Below the pieces are notes generated by a model. That model worked only from the letters and a program-made list of their open reading frames with translations. It was not told the DNA's origin and ran no database searches. Positions 1 to 6,491 of a stretch of DNA of 32,000 nucleotides are shown piece by piece. The translations under genes were made by a program, and so were the position numbers. Position 1 is the first letter of the stretch. Each line of letters begins with the position of its first letter. Origin of the DNA: Candidatus Saccharimonadota bacterium (GTDB taxonomy: Archaea > Micrarchaeota > Micrarchaeia > Micrarchaeales > Micrarchaeaceae); NCBI GenBank assembly GCA_963705375.1, contig OY970071.1, positions 360,001 to 392,000 on the forward strand, written 5' to 3'.

Positions 1-576
1 CTTCGTGCCCCTCCTGCTTTGCTCCGCAGATATGCTCTCAAGAGGATTCCAGGGATTAGAAATCGGTTCATCGTAGAGCAGATCAGAGTATCTGTATGAT
101 ACGAAGTCTGTCAAGTGCTTCTCATTCGGAGGCATGAGGCCTTTATTGCATTTTGAGAGTATCGGCCTTAGATCAGAGATTATTCTTATAGCTTCGGCCC
201 TGCTTGGCACATAAATCGTCAATAGTTTTCCTTGCTGGACAGTGCCATCTTGGGGCATCGGTACGCTTGGTTTCCATATTTTAAAAATGGCATTCGCTTT
301 TCCAAGCGCAGGTACTGCTTCTTTAAGGAAATTCAGGGTATCCTGTTCTGAAACATTAACATGTAGTTTGTAGCCAGATGATCGGTCTTGTAGGATCTCT
401 GTATTGTCAGAATGAATGAAAGCGTCAGTCGCGCTTGCGATATATTCGATTTTCATTCCTCCGATGCCTTGCTCGAATATATTAATCACTTCGATGTCGC
501 TTACCTTGCTATAAGGAGTGATCCCGTCCATATCATCACCAACATATTCGATCTCAGAAATGATATATATTACCAT
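1..576 (-). CDS. hypothetical protein (N-terminal 192 codons; the 3' end lies beyond the window edge)
   Basis: Own minus-strand translation. ATG at 576-574 is preceded by an in-frame TAA (594-592), and the frame stays open with no stop down to nt 1 (MVIYIISEIEYVGDDMDG...SGYKLHVNVSEQD...NAIFKIWKPS...QQGKLLTIYVPSRAEA...). It is absent from the ORF track, presumably because no stop lies inside the window. Confidence 0.55.
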   Translation of the reverse strand, partial: MVIYIISEIEYVGDDMDGITPYSKVSDIEVINIFEQGIGGMKIEYIASATDAFIHSDNTEILQDRSSGYKLHVNVSEQDTLNFLKEAVPALGKANAIFKIWKPSVPMPQDGTVQQGKLLTIYVPSRAEAIRIISDLRPILSKCNKGLMPPNEKHLTDFVSYRYSDLLYDEPISNPWNPLESISAEQSRRGTK

Positions 577-632
577 GTGTAGGGCATTATTTTAACCTTT
601 CTTGGCCATTTTCAGAAAAAATTCAGTGCTCC

Positions 633-714
633 CTTTGGATTTGAATCTGAAGTAAGTAGCAATTAAGATATTTAAGCAAGCATGGTTGAATTCTTCTGAG
701 TTCGAACCCGAAAA
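633..714. repeat. dispersed ~83-bp repeat, copy A (partner at 1846..1928)
   Basis: ctttggatttgaatcYgaagtaagtagc..ttaagatatttaagcaagcatggtt(c)gaattcttctgagttcgaacccgaaaa aligns with 1846..1928 with a few substitutions and one 1-nt indel. Confidence 0.85.
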
Positions 715-776
715 TTTATTTCCTATTACGTGCCTTGGTCCTACATCTAAATACTTTCCAGTAAAATAAACGCATA

Positions 777-1508
777 ATGGAGAAAACGACAGAGCACCCG
801 ACGATACTTGATCAGAAAGGCCAACTAAGTATTCCTATCATTTCCAGTTCTGAAAAGTACAAATCTCTAGAACAGTTATATGAGAAGGCGATGAGTGAAC
901 TTGACGCCTTCTTCGAATTGAATTGGACAAATGATCGTCCAAGACTAATCGTAGTCCGTGACCGGGAAACGATAGACCAGCTCAAAGGGTATGAAACAAA
1001 GGAATGGCTCAGAGCCTGGATTGACAATGGTGACGTTTATATTCTGGATAAGGACCGTCTCGCCAAGGAAAGGTTCCACGGGTACTTGGACGAAAAACAG
1101 TTGAATGATGAATATTTCAAATTGATAAAACATGAATTAGCTCATTTGTTCTCTCAGCGTCTTGCAGGTTCTTCTAATTCAGAACCTCATCGGGATGCGG
1201 GACCTCTCTGGCTCTGGGAGGGCATTTCTATCTACCTTGCCGGGCAGATTTCTGATATGAAAACTAATCTGAGCACTTTCCTAGAGTATTATAATAAGAG
1301 CGGGGATAGTATGTATACTGAAGGAGGTCTTGCAGTAAAATACCTTGTTGAAAATCATGGGAAAGACAAGTTGTTAGAGCTCATCAGATCCATGAACACG
1401 ATCAATTCTGAAGATGAGTTCAAAAAGACATTCAAACAGATTTATGGGTTTGAGTTAGATTATAGTAGCTTTACAAATACAGACAAAACACTTACAAAGA
1501 AGAATTGA
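777..1508 (+). CDS. putative zinc metallopeptidase (HExxH, peptidase-MA-like)
   Basis: 243-aa ORF with HELAH (HExxH) followed by WLWEGISIYLAG, a W-x-EG-x-x-x-Y pattern typical of MA-clan peptidase-like domains. The region is visibly more AT-rich than the core genes. Confidence 0.6.
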   Translation: MEKTTEHPTILDQKGQLSIPIISSSEKYKSLEQLYEKAMSELDAFFELNWTNDRPRLIVVRDRETIDQLKGYETKEWLRAWIDNGDVYILDKDRLAKERFHGYLDEKQLNDEYFKLIKHELAHLFSQRLAGSSNSEPHRDAGPLWLWEGISIYLAGQISDMKTNLSTFLEYYNKSGDSMYTEGGLAVKYLVENHGKDKLLELIRSMNTINSEDEFKKTFKQIYGFELDYSSFTNTDKTLTKKN

Positions 1509-1618
1509 TGCAAATTCTGCAATATCTCTATGGCCTGGCAGGCTCGCCATGAAAGATTTTGCGCTGTGCCGCATTTTCTCATTGAGGCCCGGTAATTATC
1601 TCAACAAGCGCTCAGTTT

Positions 1619-1681
1619 TCCTTTCGCCCAACGCGTTCGCCCCGGTCATGAGGGGCGTTGCGGCAACACACCTTAAGCTTT
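1619..1681. repeat. diverged dispersed repeat, copy A (partner at 2798..2873)
   Basis: tcctttcgccca(a/g)c(g/a)cgttcgc ... ccttaagcttt is shared with 2798..2873. The flanks match and the centre carries indels. Confidence 0.6.
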
Positions 1682-1716
1682 TCAGGTAGATTCGGACTCG
1701 GGATTGTTGAAGAAAG

Positions 1717-1782
1717 AATCAGATGCTCCCAACGGAATTTGGATCCGTGTTTCGAGCGTGATAGGCTCGCGTCCTTGACCGG
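1717..1782. repeat. 66-bp copy of the 3' two-thirds of tRNA-Glu plus 7 nt of downstream flank (att-like direct repeat)
   Basis: 65/66 identity with 3972..4037 (constant offset 2255). It covers the tRNA from the D-loop to the discriminator plus aatcaga, and lacks the 5' acceptor and D-stem. Confidence 0.9.
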
Positions 1783-1845
1783 TTTCAGCGTTGTTTTCCA
1801 GCTTCATTTTATCGCCGCACTTCTGCGCAAAGCCTTAAGCATTTT

Positions 1846-1928
1846 CTTTGGATTTGAATCCGAAGTAAGTAGCGTTTAAGATATTTAAGCAAGCATGGTT
1901 CGAATTCTTCTGAGTTCGAACCCGAAAA
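1846..1928. repeat. dispersed ~83-bp repeat, copy B, containing an 8-bp-stem hairpin
   Basis: Aligns with 633..714. It has an internal inverted repeat, ggttcgaa (1897-1904) with ttcgaacc (1915-1922). Confidence 0.85.
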
Positions 1929-1990
1929 GTTGGATATGCTATTCGGGATTTCGAACACTTTTGAGATGAAGGAGAAATGACACTCCGAAA

Positions 1991-2512
1991 TTAATTCTTT
2001 GACTTCTGTATATTCCTCGGTGCAGTTCTCAGAAATTCCATCGCTTTATTTAGTGTTTCTGCGTCTGTAATTTTCCCTGAAGCTGCGAGGTTTTCTAGAG
2101 TTAAAAAGGATTTTGCATCGTCTGGTATCTGAGCAGTAGTCAGCGTTACATCATATTTGCCCTCAAGTACAAGTGCCTCTTGCAGGGGAACGGCATGGGC
2201 GGCACCGACAAAAACTAACACAAAAACACCTTCGCGTTCTTCAAGAATGCCATTTATGTTTTCTAACATCGTTTTGTTCCTTATTCTATCGAAGGCGGCA
2301 GATAACTTTAGATACATCACTTTATCAGAGACTGTTCCGGATTTCTCGTCCAGCTCTGTCATCGCCTTATTAACGATACCAAGATCTCTCCTCGCTTCAG
2401 GATTTTCAGTACCGACATCTATCGGGTAGATTTCAATATTTGATGCTTGTTTATAATTGGAAAGTACAGAAAGCAAAGCACGTAGTGAGGGATATCTGCT
2501 CCGTTGCGACAA
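1991..2512 (-). CDS. TraB/GumN (Tiki-like) family protein; the annotated TTG start is probably not the true N-terminus
   Basis: The C-terminal part has VFVLVFVGAAHAVPLQEAL (GAAH-type motif). The frame stays open 70 more codons upstream (to 2722) and encodes IRIFPSTHTNIDEAEEVRTILFDTITEGRPGIVLLELS, which looks like the TraB N-terminal G-T-x-H ... V-x-L-E-L region. That extension contains no ATG, GTG or TTG. Confidence 0.5.
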   Translation of the reverse strand: MSQRSRYPSLRALLSVLSNYKQASNIEIYPIDVGTENPEARRDLGIVNKAMTELDEKSGTVSDKVMYLKLSAAFDRIRNKTMLENINGILEEREGVFVLVFVGAAHAVPLQEALVLEGKYDVTLTTAQIPDDAKSFLTLENLAASGKITDAETLNKAMEFLRTAPRNIQKSKN

Positions 2513-2797
2513 TTTTTCTATATTTTCCGGTGAGTCTAAGGCATTGAATTCAGTCTGCCAGTTCTCGTTTTTTGAAAGTTCTAACAGGACAATGCCCGGT
2601 CTACCCTCAGTTATTGTGTCAAATAGGATAGTTCGTACTTCTTCCGCTTCATCTATATTTGTATGAGTGGAAGGAAATATCCGTATTGTTGTTTTAGCAT
2701 CTTCCGTATAATCACTTTGAATTTATGATTTCACAGATATATATGCATGCCTTTTTCCGGCAGTTTATTTGCGAAAGTTTGTGAAAATGTAACACCA

Positions 2798-2873
2798 TCC
2801 TTTCGCCCAGCACGTTCGCTCTCGCTTCGCTCAAGCTCACGTGGGGCTACGGCAGCCACCTGCCTTAAGCTTT
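2798..2873. repeat. diverged dispersed repeat, copy B (partner at 1619..1681)
   Basis: See 1619..1681. Confidence 0.6.
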
Positions 2874-3030
2874 AGCAATCTAAGGAACCTTTCTGTCGCC
2901 CCGACGCCGAGCGGAGCGAGGCGTCTGGATGGCGACTTAATCTGTTTTTAGGACTTGCAGCCTGTAGAACTAATGGTAAGTGGCTCTCTCGACAAAAATT
3001 CAGGCTCGAAATCCTGTCGAGGAAGGCTTT

Positions 3031-3090
3031 CTTAATCTGATTCTGAAATGCCAGATTAAGTGGCAATTTCAGATTAAGTTCAGATTAAGT
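3031..3090. repeat. cluster of a 9-10-bp motif CAGATTAAG(T): three direct copies plus one inverted copy
   Basis: Direct copies at 3052-3061, 3070-3079 and 3081-3090; inverted copy cttaatctg at 3031-3039. 3031-3039 and 3052-3060 can form a 9-bp stem. The last copy overlaps the integrase stop codon. Confidence 0.8.
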
Positions 3091-3987
3091 GCGCGCTAAC
3101 TTGGCTTTCAAGCGTATAGCTTGGCTAACTGAGAAGGTATTATCAATTTCTTTATACAGCTCTTCCTTGCTTGTGCTTATGTAGGTCATTGTCGTTATAG
3201 GATTTAGATGCCTTGCAAACTTGCTTGTCAGCACCACATTGCCGTTTGTCTGCCTGGAGAAGCTCGTTATTGCATAATGCCTGAGGCTATGCGTGGTAAG
3301 CCTGTGAAGCTTCCTTGGCGTTCGATCATAGTTTTATTCGGCACTCGCGTCATAAGTCTGATCTAAGCCAGCCATCTGGACATACCGCCTGAACCTGATT
3401 CTTACATAGTCTGAGTCAAGCCAGGGCTCGCTTCTGCCACTGTGCTTGCACCCATCTTTGAAGAACAGGTAACCTTGTGACTGCTCTATCGCTGCATTGT
3501 TGAGCCGAATGTGCTCAACAGTCAGCCTGAAGAGCGGAATAGGTATCAATACTGAGTTGAGGACCTTCGATTTCTCAGTCTTTATTGTAAGTTCTCGTGT
3601 CTGGAAGTCTATGTTCTTGATGTTCAACTTTACCACCTCACCTATCCTCAACCCCAGTTGAGCCTGATAAGAGAACAATAGAAGGAGCTTGGGAGTGTCC
3701 ACGGCCGCAAAGAATGCTTGAAGCGCCTTGTCTGTAAAGCCTTTGTTCAAAGTCCCATACTTTGGAGGCTGGTTCTTCGCGAACTTTCTTAGGAACTGCT
3801 TGTGGACTACGCGTTTGATCTCTTTTATCTGGCGATGAGACAGTTTTGGAAGGAGCTGTTCCAGGTCGCATATAAACTTTTCGAATTCAGATTTGTGAAC
3901 GGGTTCGAATCCGTTAGGCTTAGATGCTTTCTCTTTCTCCACAGATTTGAATCCGGGTCCGACGTCGGAAAAATCAGATGCTCCCAA
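3085..3987 (-). pseudogene. tyrosine recombinase/integrase interrupted by an in-frame TAA at 3334-3336
   Basis: ORF 3334..3987 carries the Arg-I box (LGLRIGEVVKLNIKNI). Reading through the TAA in the same frame gives NYDRTPRKLHRLTTHSLRHYAITSF...ARHLNPITTMTYISTSKEEL...*, which contains the HxLRH and catalytic-Tyr boxes. The total is 301 codons in one frame. Confidence 0.8.
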
Positions 3988-4053
3988 CGGAATTTGGATC
4001 CGTGTTTCGAGCGTGAGAGGCTCGCGTCCTTGACCGGGCTAGACGATGGGAGC
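3979..4053 (-). tRNA. tRNA-Glu (anticodon CUC), 75 nt, no encoded CCA
   Basis: Hand-folded cloverleaf: GCTCCCA TC GTCT AGCCCGGTCAA GGAC G CGAGC CTCTCAC GCTCG AAAC ACGGA TCCAAAT TCCGT TGGGAGC A. All four stems pair. The T-loop is atypical (see findings). Confidence 0.85.
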
Positions 4054-4079
4054 TTGCAGATATTATGATGCAAATATAA

Positions 4080-4871
4080 TTAGCGCTGAGCCTTTCTTAT
4101 TAGTTTGTGCATCCTTGCAGATTTTATGCTCTGCGTTTCAAGTTTCTCTGAAATCGCGTCAAGAGCGTTCGCATAGTGCGACTCTGAGAATGCCATCGCG
4201 CTCTGTATGAATGACTGCTTCAGCACTTCGTCGCTCTCGGGAGTCATCTTGCCGTGCTCCATGGATTGTATCCTTGAATCGAGCTTTGCGAGGCTCCTGG
4301 TGAAATCCGCAATCGCCGCTTCCGGGAAGCGTTCGATGGCAGTCTGTTGCCTGAAGCGCATGATCTGCAGCGCGGAGCTGCTCGCATCATAGAGCATCTG
4401 GAACGGCTTCTTGTAGAGTGCGATCTCTATGTTAGATATCACCATGCGTTTCGGCTTGCCCTCGCTCGCCATAACGGCAGGCACAAGCAGCAGGTTCTTC
4501 TCATTCTTGACGCCATGAAGCACGTTCGCAGATGCAGTGCATATGTAGTTGCTGCGCTCCTTGTCGCTCATTGAATAGAAGAGGTTGACGTAATTGCTCA
4601 CTGCAAGCCTTGTGTTCAGGTAAGAAAGGGTGGAATCGACTTCTATCGAAGACTGCAGCAGCTTTGCCAACGCCTTGAGCGTGTTGAGGTTGGCGAGAAG
4701 CTTGCGCCTGTACAAACCGGAAGGAGATCCCCTTTTCGTCTTTGCGCTGAGCCTAACGTAAGAAATAGCATATATCATCGACTGGAAAGGCACAAGGCTT
4801 ACCTGGCAGCACAACTCCTTGAATATCGCAGTTCTGCTCTTGTTCAACTGCAATTGCTTGGTTCTCTCCAA
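4080..4871 (-). CDS. hypothetical protein
   Basis: 263-aa ORF, co-oriented and last in the 6481->4080 gene string. No motif recognised. Confidence 0.55.
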   Translation of the reverse strand: MERTKQLQLNKSRTAIFKELCCQVSLVPFQSMIYAISYVRLSAKTKRGSPSGLYRRKLLANLNTLKALAKLLQSSIEVDSTLSYLNTRLAVSNYVNLFYSMSDKERSNYICTASANVLHGVKNEKNLLLVPAVMASEGKPKRMVISNIEIALYKKPFQMLYDASSSALQIMRFRQQTAIERFPEAAIADFTRSLAKLDSRIQSMEHGKMTPESDEVLKQSFIQSAMAFSESHYANALDAISEKLETQSIKSARMHKLIRKAQR

Positions 4872-4956
4872 TGTGTCGCCCCGCTACTGGATTGCAGGAA
4901 GAGGGTATTTGAATGGAAAACTTTTTAAGCACTCCCAAAGGCAAATGCAGAGGGCA

Positions 4957-5430
4957 CTACCATCTGTTGGCCTTCTTGCCGGTTATGGCCTCGCTTATCG
5001 AGTACTTCCTCAGGACTTTGGCCTTTATCTCGTCGACGTTGGGAATGCCGCTCATGGCAGCTATGCGCTCGGCCTGCTTCAGCTTGTTCGCGAACGCGTG
5101 ATACGCGTGCATGGCGGCAAAGTACGCGTCGCGTTCATGTATGTCGCGTATGGTCCCGTTCTTCGAAACGGCACGCTTGTCCTTTGCGCTGAATTCGTAT
5201 TCCGGTGCATAGAGTCGGGCATTGAACGCAGCATTCACCTTCTTTATGAGATCTCCAGGCACAGGCTTGTCCGCGGCTACGACTACAGGAGTCCCTATGG
5301 CCCTGATTTCCGAGATTATGCTCTCAGTACCGGCAAACCTTTCATGGAAGTGCGCCAGTAGCCTGCCGTTGAGATCTACGCACACCACACCAACAGTCTT
5401 GCCAGTATCTATCCCAACAAGTATGTCCAT
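4957..5430 (-). CDS. small RNase H-fold protein resembling the N-terminal domain of archaeal DUF460/COG2433 proteins
   Basis: MDILVGIDTGKTVGVVCVDLNG ... VVVAADK ... IHERDAYFAAMHAYHAF matches, from memory, the I-x-G-I-D-x-G and N-x-H-E-R-D-A-x-x-A-A pattern of that family. At 157 aa it is much shorter than typical members. Confidence 0.5.
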   Translation of the reverse strand: MDILVGIDTGKTVGVVCVDLNGRLLAHFHERFAGTESIISEIRAIGTPVVVAADKPVPGDLIKKVNAAFNARLYAPEYEFSAKDKRAVSKNGTIRDIHERDAYFAAMHAYHAFANKLKQAERIAAMSGIPNVDEIKAKVLRKYSISEAITGKKANRW

Positions 5431-5431
5431 A

Positions 5432-6481
5432 TCAGCCCTTGGTTTGGGTCAGCGAGTAGTTTATCGCCATGTTGAGCGTTTGCGGTATTGTCGCATACTT
5501 GCAGTTAACCACGAACTCTGGCGTTGTAGCGACATCGTACAGGCCTGCCACTTTCGCTTGATTGTCGAGAGACACTGTCGAGTTGGCGATGCACGCGTTA
5601 AGCGAACTGATGTTAAGGCTTGAGCCCTGCGCCACGTCGTAGAGAGTGCTGTTGTACAGGGGCACACCCTTGTATGCTATGCTGAGGTTCGAAAGGAACG
5701 CATGGAAATTGCTCTGCCGGGATGCGCAAGAAAGGTACCGGCCAAGGAGCTGTGTGGTTTCGGCACCATAGCCGCCGTAGAAGTTGATTGCGCTGCTTGT
5801 GAATACGAAATAGTAGCTCATGTTTATCTCATTGTTGAAATGTTTGCTTGCGTTGATGGCGCTGTAGAGTGCAGACATGGACCCCGCAGAGTACGGATCG
5901 GTTATCATATAAACAGGAATCGGTCTTGAGGTCGTACAGAGAGTGCCTTTGTAGATGCTCACGACGCCTTGCGCAATCACCGTGTTGTTGGTGTACATCG
6001 CGGGTTTTAACATCTGCGAGAAAGAGTTCTCGAGCGACAGGTTTGAGTCTGAGAGAAGCATTGAGAAATTGAATATCGTGTTGCTCATGAACGGGTCAAC
6101 ATAAGGCACCATGACAAACCATGCGATCTGGTTAGGCAGGTATGAGACACTTGATTCGTTCACCAGCGCATAGTAGGGCAGCAACGAGAAAGAGGTGTTA
6201 ACTGTGGCATATGACGCTATGATCCGCTCTGCGGCCAAGAGCGCTTGCGCACTGCTATGCGCCGGCTCGGTGCACGTGCCATTAACGATACCGTACGCGC
6301 AGTTTTGCAAGACAGTGCCCTGCTTGAAATAGGCCAGTGCAAAAGCCAGCGCTATGAGTATTACGACTATCGCCATGAGCTCTATGTGCAGATAGTCAAG
6401 TCCATAATTCTTGAACGCCGGTTTCAATATGAACACAGGCGCACTCTCTTTCTTTGCCATGGTCTTTTTCTTTTCGGGCAT
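5432..6481 (-). CDS. membrane-anchored extracellular protein rich in N-glycosylation sequons
   Basis: One N-terminal TM segment (LHIELMAIVVILIALAFALAYF), then an N/S/T/Y-rich ectodomain with 13 N-x-S/T sequons counted by eye. A 1-nt gap separates it from the downstream gene. Confidence 0.6.
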   Translation of the reverse strand: MPEKKKTMAKKESAPVFILKPAFKNYGLDYLHIELMAIVVILIALAFALAYFKQGTVLQNCAYGIVNGTCTEPAHSSAQALLAAERIIASYATVNTSFSLLPYYALVNESSVSYLPNQIAWFVMVPYVDPFMSNTIFNFSMLLSDSNLSLENSFSQMLKPAMYTNNTVIAQGVVSIYKGTLCTTSRPIPVYMITDPYSAGSMSALYSAINASKHFNNEINMSYYFVFTSSAINFYGGYGAETTQLLGRYLSCASRQSNFHAFLSNLSIAYKGVPLYNSTLYDVAQGSSLNISSLNACIANSTVSLDNQAKVAGLYDVATTPEFVVNCKYATIPQTLNMAINYSLTQTKG

Positions 6482-6491
6482 TGTATCATCA

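Larger units (their letters stand above)
1717..4037. mobile_element. degraded integrated element bounded by the 66-bp tRNA-Glu direct repeats
   Basis: The direct repeats at 1717..1782 and 3972..4037 bracket the TraB-like gene and the integrase pseudogene. The integrase 5' end abuts the intact tRNA, the classic tRNA-targeting integrative-element layout. Confidence 0.65.

Noticed and set aside
633-714. The TTCGAACC / GATTTGAATCC strings in the 83-bp repeat as tRNA or tRNA-fragment T-arms
   Set aside because: I could not fold a cloverleaf or even a proper 5-bp T-stem with a 7-nt loop around them on either strand.
1658-1879. 73-aa ORF spanning the tRNA-fragment repeat and the start of the 83-bp repeat (also the 2872..3066 ORF)
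   Set aside because: It is composed of repeat and att sequence. The same DNA occurs elsewhere in non-coding context, so it is unlikely to be coding.
3334-3336. In-frame TAA in the integrase as stop-codon recoding or an alternative genetic code
   Set aside because: TAA clearly terminates well-supported genes in the window (e.g. argS at 6635-6637 and the 4080..4871 gene). A nonsense mutation is the simpler reading.
4819-5361. 180-aa plus-strand ORF overlapping the DUF460-like gene
   Set aside because: It is antisense to a better-supported ORF and also spans the intergenic gap. No motif recognised.
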